Below, one piece after another: positions 1 to 11,222 of a stretch of 64,000 bases of DNA. This DNA is from Haplodiscus bocki (taxonomy: Eukaryota): positions 16,120,001 through 16,184,000 of the forward strand of contig OZ296653.1 of NCBI GenBank assembly GCA_965655095.1, in the 5' to 3' direction. Position 1 is the first letter of the stretch; each line of letters starts with the position of its first letter. Under the pieces are notes generated by a model. It was not told the origin of the DNA and did no database searches. It saw nothing but the letters and a program-made list of their open reading frames with translations. Made by a program: the position numbers and the translations under genes.

Positions 1-3000
1 TATCAAGTAGTATTTTCAGCTAGATTTGATAGGCAAGACAAGGATGGTCAATTATTAGATGAAACTGAATTATTCATTAATTTAAATATTAATCAAAATT
101 TGACACAAAGTGATATTGATAATATCAATATTACATTTCCTTTAGAAAGGCAAATTCAACAACAAGAAATGAAAGATAGTGGATGGCGATTTGATAAATT
201 ATATTCAATGACAATATATTTTTAAAAAACTAATGAAATGAATAGTTCAAATTATATTAAAATTCCTTTGAGATCAAATGCTATCTTGAATATTGAAAAT
301 TATGATAAATATTGTTTCTTATGGTCTATATTAGCATCTTTATATCCTTGTAATAATAATCATCGTAACAGAGTTTCGAATTATCGACAATATTTTAATG
401 AATTGAATATTAATGGTTTCGATTTTACTAATGGATTCAAATGTAATAATGTTCATAAATTTAATGAAGTATATAATTTATCTATTAATATATTTGAATT
501 AAATTTTTATCAAGATCAAAATCAATGGAAACATAAATTAATACCTATTGAAATTAGTAAAAATGATTCAGATAGAGTCATCGATTTAGCTATTTACAAA
601 AATCATTATGTACTGATTAAAAAATTAGATGTATTTTTAGGAGATCATAATAAAAAATTTATTTGTCGACGATGCTTGAGTTCATATACAAGCGAAAATA
701 TGTTAATGAAACATAAACCAAAATGCGAATATAATGATATTACTAGTATTAATACTTCAAACGAATCTCATCTTCATTCGAAAAAACATTTTCATAAGAA
801 TCCATTATATTTTCGGATATATGCAGATTTCGAAGCTGATAATGAAAATGATGATTCTATTGTAGGTAATAAAACAATTAATATTTATAAACAGAATCCA
901 GTACTTAATGGTTATCACATAGTATCTGAATTAGAAGATATCTTAAAGAGTGATTATTACAAATCTCCTTTGGGATATGATAATGTAGAATGGTTTGTAG
1001 ATGAAGTTATAAAATTAGAAAACAAAATGGCTTTTTATTTTAAAAATACTAACAAAGATATTATTATGACACAAGAAGATGAAGAAGATTATAGAAATAT
1101 TAATATTTGTCGATTTTGCGAGAAAGAAATTATAACTGATAAAGTAAGAGATCATTGTCACTTGATAGGTAAATATAGAGGTCCAGCTCATAACACTTGT
1201 AATATTAATGTAACACAAAAACAGAGTAATTTTATACCATTTATATTTCATAACTTTAGTAACTATGATTCTCATATGTTTTTAAAACGTTAGTCGATTT
1301 GAAAAATGATAAAGTAAAATTTGAGATTATACCTAAAACAAACGAAGAGTACATATCTGTGACTTATGGTTGTATTAGATTTATAGATAGTTATCGATTC
1401 TTATCAAGTGGTTTGGATTCATTAGTTAAAAATTTGGATGAGAATTATTTTAAGATCTTGAAAAAAGAATTTCCTGATAAATGGCAGTATTTGAACAAAA
1501 AATTAACTTATCCATATGAATATTTTAATAGTATCGATGATTATAAAAAACCTGTTCACAATTTAGAGAAAGGCGACTTCTTCAGTAAATTAAAAAATGG
1601 TTATCCTGATGATGGAGAAATGCAAAGAACAAAACAAATTGGTGAGATATTTAATATTAAAAATGGAAAAGAATTAACTGAATTATACTTAAAAAGTGAT
1701 GTAATTTTATTAGCAGATGTTTTTGAGAATTTCATTAAAATATCTGTTGAAGAACATGGTATCAATCCTCTATATTGTGTGAGTCTACCAGGTTACACTT
1801 GGCAATGCGGAATTAAATATACAGGGATAAATTTACAGACTCTGCAAGATAGAGATATGATATTGTTGCTTGAAAATAATATTGGAGGTGGTATAAGCAG
1901 TGTTATGGGTGATAGGTATATAAAATCAGATAAAAATAAAAAGATATTGTATATCGATGCTAAAAATCTATACGGTCACTCGATGAGTCAGTATTTACCA
2001 TATGATGAAATTAAATTTGATAATACTGTTAAATTAGAAGATATAATAAATACTCCAGATGATAATGACATAGGATATTTCATTGAAGTTGATTTGACTT
2101 ATCCAAGTAATATAAAAGAGAAAACAAAAAATATTCCATTTGCTCCTATGAATAAAAAAATTAATAGTGATAATTTTAATGATTATACGAAAGAAATTGA
2201 ACCTGATACTTATATATAATCTAGTAAATTGATTTGTGATTGGTCTGATACGAAGAATTATTTGATTCATTATAGAATGTTAAAATTTTATATTAGACAT
2301 GGTATGGTAGTTGATAAAGTTCATAATATAATATCATTTAGACAGAGTAAGTGGTTAGAGAAATATATTAATTTTAATACTCAGAAACGAAACAAAGCTA
2401 AAAACGTTTTTGAAAAAGACTTCTATAAATTATTAAATAACGCTTTTTATGGTAAGACAATGGAAAATGTTCGAAATAGATTAAAAATAAAATTTATTAA
2501 AAAAGATGATCATAAAGAAATAATAAAACAACAATCTAAATTGACTTTCAATGGAATTCATAAGTCATATGACAATTGTGATAGTTACACTTTCAAACAA
2601 AATGAAGTGCTTATGGATAAACCAATTTATTTAGGATTCTCTATGTTAGAATTGAGCAAATTATTAATGTATGAAACCTATTATGACAAATTAGAACCAT
2701 ATTTTGGGCAAGAAAATATTCAATTACATTATATGGACTGCGACAGTTTTGTATTGAGTATTGAAACACAAAATATAATTAACGACTTGAAAAATCTTGA
2801 AGATTCATTTGATTTCAGTAATTTGAATAAAAATCATGAATTATTCAGTAATAAAAATAAAAAAGTTGTTGGTAAATTTAAAATAGAAACTCCTGAAAAT
2901 ATTTGGATTGATGAGTTCGTTGCCTTAAGAAGTAAATGTTATGCTTTTAAATGTGGAGATGATAGTAAAAAAAAATTAAAAGGTATTTCTAAATCTCAAT

Positions 3001-3191
3001 CAAGAAAAATTAAATTTGAAGAATATTACAATTGTTTATTTGGTAGAGAATATCTGCAAGTATGTGATAATTATATTTTAGGATCAAATAATCATGAAAT
3101 GGTTCTTCAAAAAGTAAAAAAATCTACACTATCTATATTCGATGATAAAAGATGTTATATAAATAATATTGAAAGTAAGTCATGGAATTAG
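1..3191 (+). pseudogene. Protein-primed family B DNA polymerase of element 1, with an endonuclease-VII-like insert; disrupted
   Basis: Motifs YADFE, FHNFSNYD, YLKSDV, YIDAKNLYG, KLLNNAFYGKT, YMDCDS; CRFC..VRDHCHLIGKYRGPAHNTCN insert; in-frame TAA at 223-225, frameshift near 1280, in-frame TAA at 2217-2219. Confidence 0.9.
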
Positions 3192-3380
3192 TTTTTTAAA
3201 AGTAAAAGAATCTTTTTCTTATATATAAATGAAGCTGATAACATTAAACAAATGCTTGAGTGGTTTGGATAGTATTATATATCATGATTATAAAGAAGAA
3301 ACTGAAAATAATCATATTAGACAAAATTTAAATGATGCTAGAAAGTACATTATTTACTTTCTATTAATTTATAGAAGAAT

Positions 3381-3668
3381 ATGATAAAAAAATATAATAA
3401 AAGATCGTTTATAGTTATATTACAATTTATAAATTATTTAATACAAGAATCCTTTAAATCGATAACCGTTCGATTTATTAGGCTTATAATAGGATTAAGA
3501 TTTCCAATTATAAAGTTTGAAGAAAACAATCTGGATATTAGTGATGATTATATTGACTTTGATGAAGAATGTCACACGTTTTTAGGGAAATACTTGGTAT
3601 CTGAAGGTGATGATGATGAAGATGATGAACAAATAAAAAATATTGTATTGTACTCATCATCCTTCTGA
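3381..3668 (+). CDS. Hypothetical Polinton protein, acidic C-terminus (probably the 3' part of a frameshifted ORF starting at ATG 3229)
   Basis: 95-aa ORF between pPolB and the terminus; upstream TATAAATG start at 3229. Confidence 0.35.
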   Translation: MIKKYNKRSFIVILQFINYLIQESFKSITVRFIRLIIGLRFPIIKFEENNLDISDDYIDFDEECHTFLGKYLVSEGDDDEDDEQIKNIVLYSSSF

Positions 3669-3752
3669 GGCTATTGGTATTATCAAATAAAATAAAATCT
3701 AATGATTTCAATTTTATTTCTAATTCATCATAATTGTATACTTTTCACGTCT

Positions 3753-4161
3753 AGTAGTATACAAACAAGCATATGACATCAGCCAAGAGGATCTCACCAT
3801 GCCACACCACCCCACACCACAGCCCAATACACCATTCAAGTCGCATTCTCAGAAAAGTAAATATTCAAACACATAATCGATATAGTATTTTTATAAGATT
3901 AAATTTTCATTCTTATATATAACATAATCACTGAAAAAAATTATGTTTTCCTTCCTGTGCTCCCCCATTGATATATAAAATGAAAAGTATTTTTAAAACT
4001 AAAAATTCTTTCCTGTGTACCCCCATTGACATAGTATAATTATTTTTGCGTCTTGCGTCTTTTCTGAGAAATGCGACTTGAATGGTGAATTGGGGTGTGG
4101 TGTGGGACGCGGGCTGGTGCGGCCGCCGCGGCTGGTGTCATGTGCTTGTTTGTATACTACT
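3753..4161. repeat. Imperfect inverted repeat of Polinton-type termini (arms 3753-3857 and 4059-4161)
   Basis: AGTAGTATACAAACAAGCATATGACATCAGCC...CACCATTCAAGTCGCATTCTCAGAAAAG mirrored by CTTTTCTGAGAAATGCGACTTGAATGGTG...GGCTGGTGTCATGTGCTTGTTTGTATACTACT; no flanking TSD. Confidence 0.85.
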
Positions 4162-4786
4162 TAGGTGGAAGCCTGCATTGCAGGAGGTGCAGTAATCTTT
4201 GCGAAAAAAAGACTAACTTTTGGCTCCAAATTTTTGTGCCGAAATTAATATGGCACCAGTCCCTTTCGTTTGAGTTCTTCGCACTCTTGTACTCTCGGGT
4301 CACCACTGACCTGGTTTTTCAAACCAGCTGAGCAAAAATTCCTCTCAATATTTTCAAAACTATTCAATGCGTCTACGAATAAAACCTAGCAAGCCTGGAG
4401 TGTCCAAGTCGGCGCTGTCTCCGCGGCTTAAAACATGTAATGGTGGGATGCTCACGTTTTTTTCGGAAAAAGCGGAGTTTTGTATTCGTGCACGTATTTT
4501 TTTACGTTTCCAGGCTTTGCGTTGTCCTTCCCAGGAGGGCTGAATGCCGAAAAATTCAATCCTAGACAGTTTAATTTTTTTAAAATTTCATCGAGGTTGG
4601 TCGTCTTAAACAAAATCAAATTTCATTGTCTTCTGAAACTTGTCAACTAATATTATGTCGAATGTTTTGCTGAGACTGTTGTTTTTATCTCTGAAGTTTT
4701 ATCCCTCTTCTCTAGATGATCCTTCACAGATATCTTGCAAGGATCTTGCAAGAATCGCTTGCATCAGACAAAACTTGCAAGTGTGA

Positions 4787-5362
4787 TAAGTGTGTGGTTG
4801 CCGGTCAAAATGTGTATCTGGGACCGACAATTCACTTACCTCGTCCGAAATATTGTTTCGAGTCTCAGCATTCGTATTTACCAAGTGTAGTGTATTATTC
4901 CTTTCGGATACGTTTTCAAAGGGGGGCAGTAATTCCTATGTGTTCCCCACGTTCTGAACTTCCCATAACACTGGTCGCATCCCGTCCAGATGATGCGTTT
5001 ATTGACCTAATACCTAATTCATTTTTACGAGTAATAATAATAACTATTGCAGTCAAAATCGCCTTCTGAATCCTGTCATTGACCCTGTCAACAATATTAC
5101 CAATTGCCTTGACAATCCTTTCAATTACACACCTTTTTAAGATTTTCTCTTTCACCACATTCTCAATACCTGCTTGACCACCGCCGGAATTACCAACGGT
5201 AAATTCCTGGTCAGAGGTACTTTCATTAACCGTAGTATTTTCTTGTCTATTGCTCATTGCATTACCAATTATAACATCTTGATCGAAGTCATCTAATTGG
5301 CTATGAAGCCCTCTATTCGACTGTTTCTTTTTGCGAGTGGAAACCATGTTTGTTTTAAACAA
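4787..5362 (-). pseudogene. Degenerate repeat-derived ORF (MVSTRKKKQSNR...), possibly the 5' ORF of a retroelement
   Basis: 148-aa ORF plus an adjacent fragment (4699-4884) in a repeat-rich region; no diagnostic motif. Confidence 0.25.
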
Positions 5363-6534
5363 TCATTTGTACTTGAAGCAATGAAATTAATGGCGAGTCA
5401 ACAAAACAACAGAAATTTAAAGAGTATCACAATTGTTTAATAATTTATCGGTTTCAATCAGGGATTGATAATTCAAATTGAGGGCTTTGAAAAATAACTT
5501 GTTTGATTATCTGAAAATTCAATTTTTTGCAACTGTTTTGTAAGGATGTTTTGCTCAATCGGATCACAAAAAAGTTTTGTTCGACTGAATTGTATGAAAA
5601 TTTTGGTTCAACTGAACAGTATGGAAGGTTCCTTTTCATCTGATTTTTGTTTCTGATCAAGTTTGGTCTTTTGTCCGCTCTTTTTACCTCATCTTCGTTA
5701 GCCAATTGGGAAGGTCATTCTCATGCCGTCAGAAGTGTAACTTTAATCGGGTTAGAACATCAAAGGGTTCTTTCCTTACTTCACATTGCATCATTATGAT
5801 TTCAATATAAAACTAGCATCATAACAAAACATCAAAGGGGGCAAATACCGAAAAATCATGACTAGCAAAATACAAATATGGAAAACGGAATGTAAATTAG
5901 AGATTGCTGAAAGCATGATTACATGTGTAACCCATGATGCGTATGTTCCCGGTTAAGTGGTTCAATACCCTCCTGGGTTGTAATTGAATGCTAAGGGTGT
6001 TCGTGATTATTCATGAAGGGGGAATTTCCGATTATTATGATAAATATGACACAATTGAAATTAATGTACTTGATTAGTTTGTTACGACATTTGATGCTCG
6101 AAAAGTGGTCACTATGACCGTTTTTTGACCAAATAATATTTCCATTAGAAATGCACTCATGTTAAACACTGGATTCCCTAGGGATAGCATAAACAGTAGT
6201 TAACCAAGCAGCGTCGTTTAATTGATCATGGTCGAACTTTAGTAACTGCGATTTCATTTTGCCGTTTTTCTCATTTTATTTAAGAACAACCGCTTCACCT
6301 GAGCACATTGGTCAAAGGAGATCTTTGTCACCAACTTTTGACCACTCTTCAGCAGTGCCGTTGTTTGGTCAATGTTTTGACAAACACAATTGTTTTGACC
6401 GATGAAAATTGAGTTTGGTACTGCCCGTCAGTTGAGCACTATAAACATTTGTTTATACTAGTTCCCGTTTGATAAAACTGTATTCCTTATTATTATGGAT
6501 TTTGCAAAACGATACATGAATTTACATAGGTTTA

Positions 6535-6669
6535 NNNNNNNNNNNNNNNNNNNNNNNNNNNNNNNNNNNNNNNNNNNNNNNNNNNNNNNNNNNNNNNNNN
6601 NNNNNNNNNNNNNNNNNNNNNNNNNNNNNNNNNNNNNNNNNNNNNNNNNNNNNNNNNNNNNNNNNNNNN
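6535..6669. other. Assembly gap
   Basis: Run of N. Confidence 1.
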
Positions 6670-8876
6670 GTAGCTCGACGGCCAGATATATTTCCTTTAT
6701 TAATACGACAAATGAACAGTGAACGTAATGATTCAAATAGACATCTGATAAGTTCGTTATTTCTTAATATGAAACCTGATCGCGAACCTGATGTATTTTT
6801 TTTTCAAAAAGACAAAAAATATGTGCTGGATACCGGACCTCTTCATATTTTTTGGATAAAATAAGCGGAGTTAACAGATTTGACCAATTTAATTGAGTCT
6901 CCAGAGCTTTTATGGAAAATATTCATTAACTAATGATTGTATTGAAAAACGTCAATTGTTGATTTTTGTACATGCAATTCTCCGCTGAAGTTTTTATCAA
7001 TAGAAAATCTTCAGGACGTCAACACTGAAGAAGCTAGGAACAGTCCAAGTTGGAGTTGCCGGTACGGCTCCGAATAGTTGAGGGAGGGCAACTTTTAATC
7101 CTTTGAAAAAATACCAAAATCTATCAAGTTTTTGCGTGGGAAAGGACTTGAAATTCCTGGAAGATGCATAAATTTATCTTCATATAAATTTAAATCAAGA
7201 GTGAAACTTTTAATGGCTTACAATTTAATGGGATCTTTAAAAATATTCGCTTCTCAACTCGGACCTGTTTCACGTCATCTATGAACAAGGAAGTTTTCGT
7301 CGTTCATAATCAGACGGTTTAAATGTTATTAACGGTGTAAATGTTATTGAAAGAAACCGTTGCTTATTTGCTTTTATTGCTTTGTACCAATTTGTGCTTT
7401 TCGGCTCCATAGGTTTTACTGAACCTTGGTTATTCTGTCAGACAAAACTTTCAAGATTCTTGGAGAATTTCTTGCAGAAAAATGCAAGATTCTTGCAAAA
7501 AATATCAGTTTCTTGCAAGAATCTTGAGAGAAATTTCTGGTTTAATGAAATTCTTGCAAGATATGTCTGGTTCTTGGAACATTTCTACTTTTTTATGGAG
7601 CCATTATGTGGAAGCAGATAATTTTTTAAGTTTTGTGTTTTCCTCTACAAGGTAGAAATATTCTGACAGTCAATTCAAAACAAAGCGATTCACTTTGGTT
7701 CAGAAAACGCCAAGAATGATCATATCCAAAGGGACGAGATAAAGTAACCGTGGAAAAAAATATTTCATTTTGTATCTCTATTCAGACAAACTAAGCCATT
7801 ACAAAACATATTTTTTCGGAGTATGTTCAAAACATATATATATGTATATCTATATATATATGTATATACGTTTTTCAAGCAGATTACAGGGACCATTCCT
7901 GGCAGAGTTCCCCATCGATCTTTTCAACTTTTTCAAGCATTAAGATATAGACAGTTCCTCCATATAGCTTTCGCGCATGATGTTAACACAGACTGGGGGA
8001 CGTTGGCTAACAGTGAACCCCAAACACTATGACTACCAATCAAGCAAAGTCTTAACTTTAGTCAATGTCACAAATACCACTAGGCTATAGGAGGCAGTAC
8101 ACAAGGAAAGAAACTAGAATAAATATACATATTCAATCATAATCTCATGCACATCGATGGACCTTAAACATGTGGAGATTATAAAATTTTAAGTTAGCTT
8201 GGCGTGTGATATATCGTTGGATAGTCCATTAAAAAAATAGTCAACCCTGAAAATTTCAGATTTGTATCTATTAACACCTTCGAGAAAAATGACAAAATCA
8301 CTTTTTCTTAAACATGAAGAGATTATAAAATTTTAAGTTAGCTTGGCGTGTGATATATCGTTGGATAGTCCATTAAAAAATTAGTCAACCCTGAACATTT
8401 CAGATTTTTATCTATTAACACCTTCGAGAAAATTGACAAAATCACTTTTTCTTAAACATGTAGAGATTACAAAATTTTAAGCTACAACAATGTGTGATAT
8501 ATCATTCGATAGGTTGTCAAAAGATATGTTTACACTGAAAATTTCAACTTTGTATCTATCACCATCTTCGAGAAAATTGATCGTTAACACTTTGCTTAAA
8601 CATGTAGAGATTATAAAATTTTTAGCTACATCGAAGTGTGATACATCATTCGACAGCTTGTTGAAATATTAGTACACACTGAAATTTTCAGCTTTGTATC
8701 TATTATATTCTTAGAGAAAATTGACAAAATTATTAGATTTCTCTTTGTTTGATAATATTTTTTCATGATATCTTGTATTTCTTTGTCCTCGTAATACAAA
8801 CTTTTTAGATTTGTTGTTGTTTTTTATTTGTCTAGTTTTTTCAAAGTATTCTTTTAATTTTACAACCATTTATAAG
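6670..8876 (+). repeat. Left arm of a 2207-bp inverted repeat (pairs with 25412-27618)
   Basis: Reverse-complement match, paired coordinates sum to 34288; identical mirrored ORFs; only about 5 mismatches noticed. Confidence 0.97.
8163..8730 (+). repeat. Four 144-bp tandem units inside the left TIR (mirrored at 25558-26125)
   Basis: CTTAAACATG unit starts at 8163, 8307, 8451, 8595; units 1-2 nearly identical, units 3-4 diverged. Confidence 0.95.
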
Positions 8877-8879
8877 ATA

Positions 8880-9191
8880 TCAAATTGATTCATCAATCAA
8901 ATTCTGTTTTTCATCATTAATAGTTTTTTCACATGAAAGCATATATAATATATTTTCTCTCAGACTATGGATATCATTAAGAATTTTTTCAATATCACCA
9001 CTATTAATTTTTAAAATTATATCATCGATTATAGATAGACTCATAAGAATTCTAGTATGTGGAACTGTTTTATAAAATCTATTAATTATAAAAGTTCGTA
9101 CTGGATTCAATTTACATATAATTCCTATATTTTTATAGTCATAAAATACACCATCATTACAAAAATTTAACAAATCTTTTGTTGTCTCCAT
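8880..9191 (-). CDS. Hypothetical viral protein
   Basis: 103-aa ORF with TATAAATG start, abutting the TIR. Confidence 0.6.
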   Translation of the reverse strand: METTKDLLNFCNDGVFYDYKNIGIICKLNPVRTFIINRFYKTVPHTRILMSLSIIDDIILKINSGDIEKILNDIHSLRENILYMLSCEKTINDEKQNLIDESI

Positions 9192-9206
9192 TTATATAGA
9201 AAAATA

Positions 9207-9782
9207 CTATCTACTCCTTAAAATCTCTTTAAAATTATCATCAGGATCTTTAGGTGTATTGTGTAACCAATCATCCCTTATACAATATATCACACACTTG
9301 TCGTGATCCATTATAACATATCCATAGTATTTAAGTATCAAATAATCATAATAGGGAGCTCTATTATCATCAAGTATTTTTAATTTTTCTAGATATTTAT
9401 CAAGATTTTTAATAATCATAGTTTCTAACATAGGTTTCGGTTGTAATATATAGTAATTAAACGCCATATCTTCTCTATTTGAATAAAAATTAAATTCAAC
9501 ATTTATCAACTCTTTTTTATCATAGTATTTTAATAAAACACGTTTTGGATAATCAATAATTTTTTTATTATTATTTCTACATACAATATAAAAAGTAAGA
9601 AATTTGCGTTTATACTTTTCAATTATACTAGAAAGAATGTTATCAATTTCACCAACAAATATATTTTCTTTTTTGTATATATATTTCACTTCAAAAGCTT
9701 TTTTTAAATGAATATTACTACGACAATGTTTATTAAAATATTTATCTGAATAATTTTTATTGCAATCTTGACAATGTCTCAT
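9207..9782 (-). CDS. Zinc-finger-containing hypothetical protein (paralog of 10236-10778)
   Basis: N-terminal CxxC...HxxSxxH; TAAATG start. Confidence 0.7.
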   Translation of the reverse strand: MRHCQDCNKNYSDKYFNKHCRSNIHLKKAFEVKYIYKKENIFVGEIDNILSSIIEKYKRKFLTFYIVCRNNNKKIIDYPKRVLLKYYDKKELINVEFNFYSNREDMAFNYYILQPKPMLETMIIKNLDKYLEKLKILDDNRAPYYDYLILKYYGYVIMDHDKCVIYCIRDDWLHNTPKDPDDNFKEILRSR

Positions 9783-9902
9783 TTAAAACTATGAAATATG
9801 AATACATACAAAAATACAAGTATTAATACTAGAGTATACATACACATATTTGAGTAATTATACAAACATAGATATTTGTGATACATCCAATTATATGTGT
9901 TC

Positions 9903-10169
9903 TTATACTGGAGTATACTTACAATTATATGGGGTTTTATTTTCTAAATATTTTATTCTACTAATTTTCATTTTTAATTCCATATCTAAACCTGATATCA
10001 TTATAGACATTACATTTATTAATTCTTTAAGAATAATCTTCTGAATTGAATTATCATATACTATCTCAATTTTATGATCATCAGTTAATCTATTATATTT
10101 ATCTAACATATTATTTATTTTCATACATACAAAATAATCTTTTTTAATTACATTTATAAAAGCTTCCAT
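9903..10169 (-). CDS. Hypothetical viral protein
   Basis: 88-aa ORF with TAAATG start. Confidence 0.5.
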   Translation of the reverse strand: MEAFINVIKKDYFVCMKINNMLDKYNRLTDDHKIEIVYDNSIQKIILKELINVMSIMISGLDMELKMKISRIKYLENKTPYNCKYTPV

Positions 10170-10235
10170 TTATCATATGTAGAATATTACAATCGTATGT
10201 AGAGAAATTGATTTCAAATAAATTGGTCTAATTAA

Positions 10236-10778
10236 ATGACTGACTTACTTTGTAAAATTTGCGATTATGAAATATTTGAAGATAAATCTGAACTTGATAA
10301 TTATTTGCTTACTGGACGTAAGGAGATTGACAGATCAATATATAAAACTACTGTTATAAAAAATATTCATCTGGATAATGTTGATAAAATATTAAATGAT
10401 TATGTCAGTACTCACAATAAAAAATTTGATCTTTATTTTATCAAATGTAATTTTAATACCACATTAGACAATTACACTACAACTATAGAAACAAATTTTG
10501 TTTACAACACAGAGAGTTACAAAATATTGTACGAATTATTATTTTTCATTGATTATATGAAATTTGAAGGATACGAACTTTGTAATATTAATCAAATGAC
10601 TATTAATACAATTAATGATAGATGTAATATGACTTATGAATATTATACACACAAATCTTTTAATCCTTTAGAAGTAAAATTAAACATAATCATTGCTAAA
10701 AATCCAAAATTGTTAGATAATAATAATATTAAACATCTATTAATAAAAAAATATTCTCATATATCATTTAATATCTAA
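10236..10778 (+). CDS. Hypothetical protein (paralog of 9207-9782)
   Basis: CKIC N-terminus; NIHLDNVDKILNDYVSTHNKKFDLYFIKC aligns with NIFVGEIDNILSSIIEKYKRKFLTFYIVC. Confidence 0.7.
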   Translation: MTDLLCKICDYEIFEDKSELDNYLLTGRKEIDRSIYKTTVIKNIHLDNVDKILNDYVSTHNKKFDLYFIKCNFNTTLDNYTTTIETNFVYNTESYKILYELLFFIDYMKFEGYELCNINQMTINTINDRCNMTYEYYTHKSFNPLEVKLNIIIAKNPKLLDNNNIKHLLIKKYSHISFNI

Positions 10779-10785
10779 TAAATAA

Positions 10786-10974
10786 ATGGATAGTGAAAAT
10801 CAACAACTTATATATTGTCCTGAAGATGATGAATATAGAATTTATTGTGATATCTGTGATAGTCTGTGTATTCAACGATTTTATAAAAATCATTTGAAAT
10901 CACAAACTCATATAAAAAATATTCATAAAATAGAAGAATTAAATAAAGCATTTCCAGCGATATCACTTATATAA
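10786..10974 (+). CDS. Small C2H2 (matrin/U1-like) zinc-finger protein
   Basis: YCDICD...NHLKSQTH; TAAATG start. Confidence 0.65.
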   Translation: MDSENQQLIYCPEDDEYRIYCDICDSLCIQRFYKNHLKSQTHIKNIHKIEELNKAFPAISLI

Positions 10975-10989
10975 AATTATATTTAATAA

Positions 10990-11190
10990 ATGAATATAAT
11001 AAATATTACTGATTCTGATAAAATTACAGACCTTGATAATAACACAGCTACTAACTGTACAAACAATGAATATGATATTAATCTAACTATACCTTTATTA
11101 CTATTTACAATCCCATGCACTCTATCATTTTTATGTTTAATATCCCTCATGATATATACTCTAATCAAACCTTTATTCAATAAAAAATAA
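10990..11190 (+). CDS. Small single-pass membrane protein
   Basis: Hydrophobic IPLLLFTIPCTLSFLCLISLMIYTLI, basic C-tail, four N-x-T sequons in the N-terminus. Confidence 0.65.
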   Translation: MNIINITDSDKITDLDNNTATNCTNNEYDINLTIPLLLFTIPCTLSFLCLISLMIYTLIKPLFNKK

Positions 11191-11222
11191 AATATGAATA
11201 TAATTATTTTTGTCAAATATAA

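Larger units (their letters stand above)
1..4161 (+). mobile_element. Polinton/Maverick-like element 1, right-hand part (degenerate, runs off window start)
   Basis: pPolB pseudogene followed by short ORFs and a terminus ending ...GTATACTACT at 4161 (Polinton-type AGT...ACT end); very AT-rich until ~4060. Confidence 0.8.

Noticed and set aside
7382-8672. Mirrored ORFs 7382-7621, 7823-8032, 8490-8672 and their copies at 25616-26906
   Set aside because: Lie in repeats or TIR DNA, lack the TAAATG start and any protein motif; duplicated only because of the inverted repeat
8163-8730. CRISPR-like array
   Set aside because: Whole 144-bp units are homologous, there are no unique spacers and no cas genes, and the context is eukaryotic
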